Part shown: positions 10,763 to 22,936 of the stretch, piece after piece
Numbering within the stretch: the stretch's first letter is position 1
Layout: every line of letters begins with the position of its first letter
Assembly: GCF_009914755.1 (NCBI RefSeq)
Contig: NC_060930.1
DNA: 64,000 nucleotides
From: the human T2T-CHM13v2.0 reference genome, Homo sapiens
Direction: 5' to 3' (one strand)
The notes under the pieces: generated by a model
Told to the model about the DNA's origin: nothing
What the model saw: the letters and a program-made list of their open reading frames with translations, nothing else
Database searches by the model: none
Position numbers and translations under genes: made by a program

Positions 10763-13360
10763 CCTGTATGGGTCAAACAGTGGCCGCTCTCTAAGGAAAA
10801 GTTGGGTGTGCTACATAAAATAGTTAAAAAACTATTTTAAAAAGGACATGTTTCACACACTTTCTCTCTTTAAAATTCTGCAGTGTTTGTAATTCAGAAA
10901 AAATCAGGCAGATGGTACATGTTAACTGATTTGAGAGTCACTAATGCAATAATTCAACCCATGGGGCCTCTCCAATCTGGGCTACCCTCTCTGGTCATGA
11001 TCCCCAAAGATTGGCCTTTAATTATAATTGATCTAAAGGATTGCTTTCTTACCATTCCTCTGACAAAACATAATTTAAAAAAATTTGTTTTCACGATACC
11101 AGCCATAAACAATAAAGAACAAGTCACCAGATTTCAGTGGAAAGTGTTGCCTCAGGGAATGCTTAATAGTCCAACTATTTGTCAGACTTTTGTAGCTCAA
11201 GTTCTTCAACCAGTTAGAGACAAGTTTTCAGACTGTTATATTATTATGCTGATAATATTTTGTGTGCTACAAAAACAAGAGACAAATTAAATGACTGTTA
11301 CACATTTCTGCAAGCAGAGGTTACCAACACAGAACTGACAATAACATCTAATAAGATTCAGACCTCCACTCCTTTTCATTATCTTGGAATACAGGTAGAG
11401 AAAAAAAATTAAACCACAAAAAATAAAAATAAGAAAAGACACATTAAAACATTAAATGACTTTCAAAAATTGCTAGAAAATATTAATTGGATTTGGCCAA
11501 CTCTAGGCATTCCTACTTATGCCATGTCAAATTTGTTTTCTATCTTGAGAGGGGATCCAGACTTAAATAGTAAAAGAACATTAACTTCAAAAACAACTAA
11601 AGAAATTAAATTAGTTAAAAAAAATTCAGTCAACACAAGTTAATAAAATAAATCAGTTAGCCCTACTCCAACTCTTGATTTTTACTACTGCACATTCTCC
11701 AACAGGCATTATTGTTCAAAATACAGATCTTGTGAAGTGGTCATTCCTTCCTCACAGTACAGTTAAGACTTTTACGTTGTACTTAGATGAAATGGCTACA
11801 TTAATTGGTCAGACAAGACTGCAAATAGTAAAACTGTGTGAAAGTAACACAGATAAAATCATTGTTCCTTTAAATAAGGAACAGGTTAGACAAGCCTTTT
11901 TCAATTCTGCTACATGGCAGATTGGTCTTGCTGATTTTGTAGAAATTATTGATAATCATTACCCAAAAACAAAAATCTTCCAGTTTTTAAAATTGACTAC
12001 TTGGATTTTACCTAAAATTACCAGACAAAAACCTTTAAAAAATGCTCTGATGGTGTTTACTGATGGTTCCAGCAAATGAAAAGCAGCTTACATGGGCCAA
12101 AAGAACAAGTCGTTGAAACTCAATATCACTCAACTCAAAGAGCAAAATTGGTTGCTGTTATTTCAATGTTACAAGATTTTAATCAGCCTATTAACATTGT
12201 TTCAAATTCTGCATATGTGGTACAGGCTACAAAGGATGTTAAGACAGCCCTAATCAAATATAGTATGGATGATCAGTTAAATCAGCTGTTTAAATTGTTA
12301 CAACAAACTGTAAAAAAAAGAAATTTCCTATTTTATATTACTCATGTTCGAGCACATACTAATTTACCAGGGTCTTTAACTAAGGCAAATGAACAAGCCG
12401 ACTTGCTAGTATCATCTGCCTTCATGAAAACACAAGAACTTCATGCCCTAACTCATGTAAATACAATAGGATTAAAAACTAAATTTGATATAACATAAAA
12501 ACAGGCAAAAAATATTGTACAACATTGTGCTCAGTGTCAAGTCTTACACCTGCCTACTCAGGAGGCAGGAGTTAATCCCAGAAGTTTATGTCCTAATACA
12601 TTATGGCAAATGGATGTCACGCATGTACCTTCATTTAAAAAATTGTCATTTGTCCATGTGACAGTTGATACTTATTCACATTTCATATGGGCAACCTGCC
12701 AGACAGGAAAAAGTACTTCCCATGTTAAAAAACATTTATTATCTTGTTTTGCTGTCATGGGAGTTCCAAAAAAATTTAAAACAGATAATGGGCCAAGATA
12801 CTGTAGTAAAACATTTCAAAAATTCTTAAGTCAGTGAAAAATTATACATATAACAGAAATCCCTCATAATTCCCAAGGACAGGCCATAATTAAAAAAATT
12901 AATAGAACGCTCAAAGCTCAATTGGTTAAACAAAAAAAGAAAAAAAACAGTAAAAAGTATAACACTCCCCAAATGCAACTTAATCTAGCACTCTATACTT
13001 AAAACTTTTCAAACATTTATAAAAATCAGACCACTACTTCTGCAAAACAACATTTTACTGGTAAAAAGAACAGCCCACATGAGGGAAAACTAATTTGGTA
13101 AAAAAATAAATAAATAAATAAAACATAGAAAATAGGTAAGGTAATAACATGGGGGAGAGGTTTTACTTGTGTTTCACCAGGAAAAAATCAACTTCCTGTT
13201 TAAATATCCACTAGACATTTAAAGTTCTACAATAAGCCTGTCAGAAATGCAAATAAAGATGCCTCCACAAAGACAAAAAACCTGAATCAAGCATCATCGA
13301 CTCACCAGGTAAACAAGATGATAATATCAAAAGAACAGATAAAGTTGCCATCCACCAAAA
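10763..13360 (+). pseudogene. pol: pol remnant (RT, RNase H, integrase) with multiple stops and frameshifts
   Basis: [33 protein letters not shown], catalytic motif reads YADN (11245-11256), VFTDGSS, WQMDVTH, KTDNGP. Confidence 0.93.
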
Positions 13361-13650
13361 AAAAAATGGCAGACGTGAAGAGCCAAAAAAAAAAAAAGAC
13401 TAAGTGTGAAAGAAAAAGAGGACACAAAAAATAAGACAGAAAAAAAGTAAAAAAAAAAAAAACTAAAAAAGACAAAAATCAAAAAAGACACAAAAAGTAA
13501 AACTAAAAAAAAAGTAAAAAAAAATTAAAAAAAGACACAAAAAGTAAAACTGAAAATTAAAAAAGTGTAAAAAAAACAAACAAAAAGACAAAAGGTACAA
13601 ATAGTTAAAAAAAAATTAAAAACTATAAAAAACAACAACTAAAAAACAAA
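13357..13650 (+). repeat. Extremely A-rich low-complexity segment inside the provirus
   Basis: A runs punctuated by GAC/GT/CT; GACACAAAAAGTAAAACT occurs at 13487-13504 and 13534-13551. Confidence 0.9.
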
Positions 13651-13860
13651 GGAGGCCGAAGACTCCCTGGGTGCAAGCACCCACATCGTCCTCTTGCCCC
13701 CTGTCACTTGGGTTAAAACCATTGAAAATTCCACTATTACGAATTTTGTATTAATCCTTGTATGTCTGTCCTCTCTATTGTTAGTCTACAGGTGTATCCA
13801 ACAACTCTGGAGAGACAATAACTAGCAAGAATGGGCCATAATGACAGTGACAGTTTTGTC

Positions 13861-13885
13861 AAAAAAAAAAAAAAAAAGGAGAATA
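13861..13885 (+). other. Polypurine tract, A-converted
   Basis: A17-GGAGAATA directly before the 3' LTR; HML-2 normally has AAAAGAAAAGGGGGA. Confidence 0.8.
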
Positions 13886-14905
13886 TGTAGGGAAAAGAAA
13901 GAGAGATCAGACGGTTACTGTGACTATGTAGAAAGGGAAGACATGAGACTCCATTTTGAAAAAGACCTGTACTTTAAACAATTGCTTTGCTGAGATGTTG
14001 TTAATTTGTAGCTTTGCCCCAACCACTTTGACCCAGCCACTTTGACCCAACCTAAAGCTCACAAAAACATGTGTTGTATAAAATCAAGGTTTAAGGGATC
14101 TAGGGCTGTGCAGGATGTGCCTTGTTAACAAAATGTTTACAAGCAGTATACTTGGTAAAAATCATCACCATTCTCTAGTCTCAATAAACCAGGGGCACAA
14201 TGCACTGCAGAAAGCCACAGGGGCCTCTGCCCTTGAAAGTGGGGTATTGTCCAAGGTTTCTCCCCATGTAATAGTCTGAAATATGGCCTCATGGGATGAG
14301 AAAGACCTGACTGTCCCCCAGCCCAACACCCGTAAAGGGTCTGTGCTGAGGTGGATTAGTAAGAGGAAAGCCTCTTGCAGTTGAGATAGAAGGCCACTGT
14401 CTCCTGCCTGCCTCTGGGAACTGAATGTCTCAGTATAAAACCTGATTGTACATTTGTTCAATTCTGAGATGAGAGAAAAACCGCCCTATTGTGGGAGGCA
14501 AGACATGTTTGCAGCAATGCTGCCTTGTTATTCTTTATTCCACTGAGATGTTTGGGTGGAGAGAAATATAAATCTGGCTTACATGCACATCCAGTCATAG
14601 TATCTTCCCTTGAACTTAATTATGACATAGATTCTATTGCTCACATGTTTGTTGCTGACCTTCTCCTTATCATCCTGCCCTCCTGCTACATTCCTTTTTA
14701 CTAAAATAATGAAGATAATAATCAATAAAAACTGAAGGAACTCAGAGACCGGTGCCAGTGCAGGTCCTTGGTATGCTGAGCGCCGGTCCCCTGGGCCCAC
14801 TGTTGTTTCTCTATACTTTGTCCCTGTGTCTTATTTCTTTTCTCAATCTCTCATCCTACCTGACTAGAAATACCCACAGGTGTGGAGGGGCAGGCCACCC
14901 CTTCA
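13886..14905 (+). promoter_or_regulatory. 3' LTR (LTR5A-like, 1020 bp)
   Basis: Near-identical to 8916-9941; AATAAA 14724-14729. Confidence 0.93.
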
Positions 14906-15986
14906 CTTGTCTTCTGCTAGCTTTTGAATTTGTTTGTTCTTGCTTCTCTAGTTCTTCTAATTGCTATGTTAGAGTGTTGATATTAGATCTTTCCTGCTTT
15001 CTCTTGTGGGCATTTAGTGCTATAAATTTCCCTCTAAACACTGCTTTAGCTGTGTCCCAGAGATCCTGGTACATTGTCTTTGTTCTCATTCATTTCAAAG
15101 AACTTATTTATTTCTGCCTTAATTTCATTATTTCCCCAGTAGTAATTCAGGAGCAGGTTGTTCAGCTTCCATGTAGTCATGTGGTTTTGAGTGATTTTCT
15201 TAACCCTGAGTTCTAATTTGATACTGTTTGTTATGATTTCTGTTCTTTTGCACTTGCTGAGAGCGTTTTACTTAAAATTATATGGTCAAGTTTAGAATAA
15301 ATGTGATGTGGTGCTGAGAAGAATGTATATTCTGTAGACTTGGGGTGGAGAGTTTGTAGATGTCTGTTTGGTCCACTTGGTCCAGAGCTTTGTTCAAGTC
15401 CTGAATATCCTTGTTAATTTTGTGTCTTGATGATCTGTCTAATATTGACAATGGGGTATTAAAGTCTCCCATGATAATTCTGTGGGAGTCCAAGTCTCTT
15501 TGTAGGTCTCTAGGAACTTGCTTTATGAATCTGTGTACTCCTGTATTGGGTGCATATATATTTAGGATATTTAGCTCTTCTTGTTGCATTGATCACTTTA
15601 CCATTACGTAATGTCCTTCTTTGTCTTTTTTTATCTTTATTGGTTTTAAGTCTGTTTTATCAGAGACTAGGATTGCAACCCCTGCTTTTTTTTCTTTTCC
15701 TTTTTTTTTTTTTTTTTTGGCTTTCCATTTGCTTGGTAAATCCTCCTCCATTCCTTTATTTTGAGCCTATGTGTGTCTTTACATTGAGATGGGTCTCCTG
15801 AATACAGCACACTTAGGGGTCTTGACTCTTTATCTACTTTGCCAGTCTGTGCCTTTTAATTGGGGCATTTAGCCCATTTACATTTAAGGTTAATATTGTT
15901 ATGTGTGAATTTGATCCTGTTAATATGATGCTAGCTAGTTACTTTGCCCATTTGTTGATGCAGTTTCTTCATAGTGTCGATGGTTT

Positions 15987-17006
15987 TTACGATTTGGATG
16001 TTTCTGCAGTGGCTGGTACTAGTTTTTCCTTTCCATGTTTAGTGCCTCCTTCAGGAGCTCTTGTAAGGCAGGCCTGATGGTGACAAAATCTCTCAGCATT
16101 AGCTTTTTTGTAAAGGATTTTATTTCTCCTTAACTTATGAAGCTTAGTTTGATTGGATATGAAATTCTGGGTTGAAAATTATTTTCTTTGAGAATGTTGA
16201 ATATTGGCCCCTACTCTCTCCTAGCTTGTTGGGTTTCTGCAGAGAGATCTGCTGTTAGTCTGATGGGCTTCCTTTTGTGGGTAACCTGACCTTTCCCTCT
16301 GGCTGCCCTTAACATTTTTTCCTCTATTTCAACCTTGGTGAATCTGCCCATTATATGTCTTGGGGTTGCTCTTCTTGAGTAGTATCTTTGTGGTGTTCTC
16401 TGTATTTCCTGAATTTGAATGTTGGCCTGTCTTGCTAGGTTGGGGAAGTTCTCCTGGATAATATCATGAAGTGTTTTCCAACTTGGTTCCATTCTCCTGG
16501 TGACTTTCAGGTACACCAATCAATCATAGGTTTGGTCTTTTCACATAGTCCTGTATTTCTTAGAGGCTTTGTTCATTCCTTTTCATTTTCTCTCTAATCT
16601 TGTCTTCTTGCTTTATTTCATTAAGTTGATCTGCAATCTCGATATCCTTTCTTCTGCTTGATGGATTCTGCTATTGATGCTTGTGTATGCTTTACAAATT
16701 TCTCATGCTGCGTGTTTCAGCTCCATCAGGTCATTTATGTTCTTCTCTAAATGGTTATTCTAGTTAGCAATTTGTCTAACCTTTTTTCAAGGTTCTTAGC
16801 TTCCTTGCATTGGGTTAGAACATGCTCTTTTAGCTTGGAGGAGTTTGTTTTTTACCCACTTTCTGAAGCCTACTTCTGTCAGTTTGTCAAACTCATTCTC
16901 CATCCAGTTTTGTTCTCTTGCTGGCAAGGAGTTGTGATCCTTTGGAGGAGGAGAGGCATTCTGGTTTTTGGAATTTTCAGCCTTTTTGTGCTGGGTTTTT
17001 CCTCAT
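15987..17006 (-). pseudogene. L1 ORF1 remnant
   Basis: DIIQENFPNLARQANIQIQEIQRTPQRY...RATPRH...RLTADLSAET (16211-16519); ATGAGGAAAAACC start near 17006. Confidence 0.85.
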
Positions 17007-19094
17007 CTTCATAGACTTATCTACTTTGGTCTTTGCTGTTGGTGACCTTCAAATGGAGTTTTTGCATGTTCATCTTTTTTGTTGATGTTGGTGCTATTGC
17101 TTTCTGTTTGCTTGTTTTCCTTCTAACAGTCAGGCCCTTCTTCTGCAGGTCTGCTGGAGTTTGCTGGGGGTCCACTCCAGACCCTGTTTTTCTGGGTATC
17201 ACCAGCAGAGGCTGCAGAACAGCAAAGATTGCTGCCTGCTCCTTCCTCTGGAAGCTTTTTCCCAGAGGAGCCCCTACCAGCTGCCGGCTGGAACTCTCCT
17301 GTGTGAGGTGTCCGTCGACCCCTGCTGGGAGGTGTCTCCCTGTCAGGAGGCATGGGGGTCCGGGACCCTCTTGAGGAGGCAGTCTGCCCCTTATCAGTGC
17401 TCGAGAGCTGTGCTGGGAGATCTGCAGCTCTCTTCAGAGCTGGCAGGCAGGAACATTTAAGTCTGCTGAAGCTGTGCCCACAGCTGCTCCTTCCTCCAGG
17501 TGCTGTGTCCCAGAGAGATGGGAGTTTTACTTATAAGCCCCTGACTAGGGCTCCAGCTAGGACTTTCTACAGCTCAACTCAGCAGCTTTTTGACAGTTTC
17601 TTAGAATTTCTTAAATATTTTAAGAGCCAAGTTTTTTTTGTCCAACATGCTGAAAACAATGCAGTGTTCAGATTTAACAGAAAAGAGATTGTGGTCAGTT
17701 GAAAAGAAGACATTCATCTCCAAGGACATGATTTTCTTTATCTGTAATATTTTGTTTTAAAGTTGAAGGGGCTTTAAGTAAGTTTATGAGCTTTAAGTAT
17801 CAGAGGGGAAAATGTATTTTGTTGAATTTCTGTTCCGTGTCCTTTTTTTTTCCAACATGAAATTGTAAGAGGTTTTCAGAATACTGGTGAAACTAGAGAA
17901 CCAAATAGAGTGGTGGAAATAAATAGGCTTGGTCCTATGAGCTATTGCACTGTAAGAAAACTCATTATTTGTCCACAGTGGAAATGACTGTGGGAAAATA
18001 ATGAGTGACATTTGCACTGAACTCTACAAAATGTTAGCCACAGAGCTCCAGACTTGTATATACAATTGGCTTTTTAATGTTTCCCCTTGGATATCTCAAA
18101 GGCATCACAACTCATCATACCAGAAACCATACTTGTGGTCTGTTGCCTCAAACGTATTAACCTGATGGGGTTTCTTATCTCATTGAATGGTACCACCTTT
18201 TCTCCAGTGAAATGTGGCAGAATATTGTATTTAAATGTGAAATTGTGCTTTTTCTTCATATGCTTTTCCCTCTTCACTTAAAAACAGTGTCACTCTGTGA
18301 CACAGTTAGTGACTGTCTATGTGACTCCAACCCTTAGGGACCTTGGCTGAGCCTAGAATCTAGGGCTGGTATTTGCAAATATCTTAAGTCACTGACAGAG
18401 GGAGGAGTTGAGGGAGAAAGCCATTTGAGACCAGGAAAGAGGAAAAAGAATGCCCCAATTAGGAAGGGAGAGAGAAGTCTAAGAGGGTCCCTTCAGGACA
18501 CCTGTGTAGTGCTTCCATGGCTGTGTCCTGGGAGGTGGCTAGCCCTCAGGGAAATGACTGTATCAACACTGCATGGTGTCCCTAGGGAGGCTGGATGCAG
18601 CCCCATCAAAAGTTCCTGTAACCTGCAAGTAGTAATACTGTAGGAGCCAAGTGGATGAAGTGGAAAGGCCAGCTCAATGGTGATGTGGGCAGACAATCAC
18701 TGAACCAGGAGCGGGGGTGGCTGAGACTTGACAGGACCTGGGGAAGAGGCAGAGGAAGGAAGTCTGAGTAGCCTGAAAGGCTTGGTTTTATAATTGAAAT
18801 TCAATTTAAGAGAGTTATAAATGTGATGTTTCTCATGCTCCTACTGGTCAAATAACGCTTATACCCATTACATAGGCAAGCCAGAGTCCTTCTTACCACT
18901 TTTATCACCCTCGTGCCTCATAGCAAATACATCACCTGAAAGTGGGTATTCTACATCCTGAATCCATTGACTTCTTTTCATCTCTACTGATGCCACCCTA
19001 GTCAAATTTTCCATAAGTTCAAGCCTTACCAACTGTTAATTTTTTGTATCAAATTGTATTTCCCTTAATTTTTTATATAAAATTGTAATTCCTT

Positions 19095-19310
19095 TGTTAT
19101 TATGTGTTTGTCAAAACCCATAGAATGTACAACACCAAGAATGAACACTAATGTAAATGATGGGCTTTTGGTAATAATAATGTGCCAATGTAGCTTCACC
19201 AATTGAAACAAATGGACCACTCTGGGGGCTATGGGGGGTGCTGAAAATGGGAGAGGCTGTACACAATGGGGGAAGGAGGTACGTGGGAACTCTGTACTTT
19301 CTGTGCAATA
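19095..19310 (+). mobile_element. L1MC/L1MD-type 3' end fragment within L2 remnants (L2 pieces ~18030-19840)
   Basis: TTTGTCAAAACCCATAGAATGTACAACACCAAGA...GGGAACTCTGTACTTTCTG. Confidence 0.7.
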
Positions 19311-20181
19311 TATATATTTGAATATATATATATATAAAAATATATGTATTTTAAACACACACATCTGATCATGCAAACTCTTGAATGGATTCCGAATATT
19401 ATTAAAATAAAGGCCAGATTCTTTAACTTGAGCCACAGGTTTTGTATGGACTGCCTCCTGCCTACTTTCCAATCTTCCTCTCTCATCCTGATCACCCATG
19501 TTTTTCTGCTCTAGCAACTGCCAGTCCCAGGACCATTCCAGAGCTTATTCCTTCTACCTTGTTCTTCCTTGGGATGCTTATTCCCAAGGATTCCTGCTAC
19601 CTTGGGATGCTTGTTCTAGTCCCTGTTGATTGATTATCTTCCCATTTTTTCTTTCTCAGGAAAGTATTCCCAACCTCTTTGGTTATGCCAAATTATTTAC
19701 TATCATATTATATGCCTCATGGCATCATGACCTTCTTCATAGCACCTATTGCAGTTATATTTTATTTTTTTATATGATCATCTGATTCATGTCTCTTTAT
19801 CAATAGTCTTGTAAACTCCAGGAAGGCATGGATATTGCAAATCTAGAACTTAGCTCACGTCATATACCTGGCTCTATGTTCGGGATTTCCAAGGTCACTA
19901 CCAGGTTCAGTGATCATTAGAAAGACAGACTCAGAATGGAAACATATTCATATCTGTGAATTATCATGGTGAAAGGATAAAAATCAGAATCAGCTAAGGC
20001 AAAAGGCACATGGAGCCAAGTTTGGGAAAAAAAACAAGAGCAAGCTTCCAGGAATTCTCCCCCAATGGAATCCCACAGGATGTACTTAGTTCTTCTGGTG
20101 GTGAGATATGTGAGCTTCTACCAGGGAAGATCATTAGAGACTTAGTGTCCACAGTCTCTAGTGAGCTGGTCACTTAGGCAT

Positions 20182-20861
<680 letters not shown>

Positions 20862-21729
20862 GGCATGTACCTAAATTAGACTCCCAGAAGAGGTTGTTCA
20901 GCATAAACCACATCGTGTGTAACATTTAGGTAGAGTAAGCCACTTTTTCATTTAGAGAAAGTTTTGCATCAGTGTAGGGAAATGTTTATCAGTCAGCTTC
21001 TTAAGTACCAGGCAAAGACCAACCTTATAAGCAGAATTTTCTAAGGATGGGTAGTCAGTCTCCAGACTGCTATGCTAACTCTTTTCTGCACATAAATATT
21101 TGCCCTTTTCTGCAAATATATATTTGTTGAATGAATAAGTACACTTAACATCAGTGAGGATTTGCCATACATTAACAAAATACTGAATTAAATTAGCCCT
21201 ATGAAGCCTTCCCTGATTAATTATAACTTGCTGTGCCTCTGCCTCCACCTTTTTTTCTTTTAGTCACTGTTTACTACTCATAAGAGGCTTTGCTAGGTTC
21301 AAAACAACAAATGAGACATTGTCCCTACCCTTCAGGTGTTACCACAACACTTACATTTGGACCATACAGAGTTTATATTTCACATTTTACTTTTTTGTTG
21401 ATGTCATATCACTTGAAATGTAATTAATGTAAATCCTCTTCATGTAAAATGTGTTATGACTAAGTAAAATGAGAGTTTTGATCCCTGAAATGAATCTTAC
21501 CTTTCTTGAAGTTTTCACCTATAATGTCAAAGAAGATAAAAAACATTATCCCACATTTACTAAGTTTTTAATTTCCACCACTGCATTATAAGGCTCTTAT
21601 GTCAGGGCTCCCTTGACTTGGCTGTAGAACCACATCAGGGCTTTGTAGGAAGCTGCCTCTCCCTGCTAAGGAGCAGGATTTTTCACCCTTTGACAGTCTA
21701 TTAATTGTACTATCTCTTATGCCAGTGGC

Positions 21730-22086
21730 TATATTAGTCCATTTTCATGCTGCAGATGAAGACATACCTGAGACTGGGTAATTTACAAAAGAGAAATGTT
21801 TATGGACTTACAATTCCACGTGGCTGGGGAGGCCTCACAATCATGTCAGAAGGTGAAAGTCACATATCTCACATGGCAGCAGACAAGAGAAGAGAGCTTG
21901 TCCAGGGAAACTCCCGTTTTCAAAACCATCAGATCTCATGAGATTTGTTTGCTATCATGAGAACAACATGGGAAAAACCCTCCCACATGATTCAATTGTC
22001 TCCCACTGCATCCCTCTCACAACAAGTGGGAATTATGGGAGCTACAAAATGAGATTTGGGTGGGGACAGAGAGCCAAACCATATCA
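21730..22086 (-). mobile_element. THE1 (MaLR) solo LTR
   Basis: TATATTAGTCCATTTTCATGCTGC...GAGCCAAACCATATCA; exact TSD GTGGC (21725-21729, 22087-22091). Confidence 0.9.
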
Positions 22087-22769
22087 GTGGCCAAATACAC
22101 AGCACTATCCTGTCTTGGGGTTGATTCCTCAGCACTGTGAGGAAATTTAAATGGTGAAGAGCTCTTAACATCAAACTAGTAAAATTACCTTTAGTGTTTT
22201 TTGTGCTCTACAACTATACGACTCACAAAGAGTCATGGGCTTGTGTGTAATTCTCTATGGCTTCTCTTCTAAATCGAATCTGCATTTGTCTCAGGATGTC
22301 TACTGGCTTTGTTAAATTTCTTCAGTTCTTTGAATCACTTAAAAGTGTATGATTACCTGATATGCAGGTAATTTTTAAAGTTGTTGTCTGTAAGATTTCC
22401 TTTTGTGAGGGAGAAAGAGCATCCATTTTCTCCTTGGCATCTTGTAAAGTCTCAGCCATGAAAGAACCCATCCAGGGCTCTATATTGCAGATCCCCATTA
22501 TCTGCAGCTAGAGACTCTTGACTCTCCCATGTGCTCAGCTTGGTCCTGGGCCCTGGGCCAGTTAGATCCTTAAGGAGAACCGAAGGATTATGTACTTGGA
22601 AGCTTAGATGACTCAGGTCAGCTAGTTGCTCTTGTTTAGATTGGTACTCCTTCTAATACCTGAACTCTGCCTCACTCCTTAGCCAGGCATTCTTGTAAAC
22701 AAGACAATAATTTGTTCTCATCAAACTTACAGTCTAGCCAAGGAAACTGACAATGGCTGGTAATTAATG

Positions 22770-22920
22770 AATTGCTTAGTATGTGCCAAACACTGTTTCG
22801 AGTAGTTTGGTCATTTAATTCTGATAACAACCTTATGTGATAAATGCGATTAATATCCCTTTCTAACAAATATGTGAAACTGGAGCACAGACAGGTTAAG
22901 TAACTCACCCCTGGTTACTA
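22770..22920 (-). mobile_element. MIR
   Basis: TATGTGCCAAACACTG...CATTTAATTCTGATAACAACC...GGTTAAGTAACTCACCC. Confidence 0.7.
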
Positions 22921-22936
22921 CTGTAAAATTTCTTGT

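Larger units (their letters stand above)
13232..13885 (+). pseudogene. env: env/rec remnant: N-terminal leader and TM tail only, middle replaced by a foreign A-rich segment
   Basis: Start ATG>ATA at 13232, KLPSTKK near 13340-13360, PVTWVKT...LILVCL resumes at 13700, rec/np9-type acceptor TCTACAG| at 13791. Confidence 0.85.
8916..14905 (+). mobile_element. HERV-K(HML-2)-related provirus, two LTR5A-like LTRs, internally deleted and G-to-A hypermutated
   Basis: TG...CA LTR pair, 5 bp TSD CTTGT at 8911-8915 and 14906-14910 with L1 sequence resuming seamlessly, Lys PBS, gag/pol/env remnants, PPT. Confidence 0.96.
6122..15923 (-). pseudogene. L1 ORF2 (endonuclease/reverse transcriptase) remnant, frameshifted and split by the provirus
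   Basis: Fragments ILNIYAPNTG...GDFNTPLS (EN), [25 protein letters not shown] (RT), [16 protein letters not shown]; start codon position mutated. Confidence 0.9.
5870..17552 (-). mobile_element. L1PA7/L1PA8-type LINE-1, ~5.7 kb, truncated within the 5'UTR, interrupted by HERV-K
   Basis: 3' tail and UTR at 5870-6120, ORF2 and ORF1 peptide remnants in the ORF track, 5'UTR ending AAGCCCCTGACTAGGGCT; degenerate 17 bp TSD CCAACCAGCACTTTCTA (5853-5869) / CCAGCTAGGACTTTCTA (17553-17569), 14/17 match. Confidence 0.93.

Noticed and set aside
10883-12837. RT, RNase H and integrase ORFs as functional enzymes
   Set aside because: Fragmented by stops and frameshifts; RT catalytic motif reads YADN
13357-13650. 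A-rich tract as a retrotransposon poly(A) tail or sequencing artefact
   Set aside because: No SINE/LINE body or TSD, has internal repeat structure, and the flanking viral sequence shows the same A bias
17017-17702. Several overlapping ORFs in the L1 5'UTR
   Set aside because: GC-rich UTR of a truncated old L1; no support for an intact ORF0 or promoter
19566-19618. CCTTGGGATGCTT repeated twice
   Set aside because: Short local duplication inside a degraded L2; no further structure
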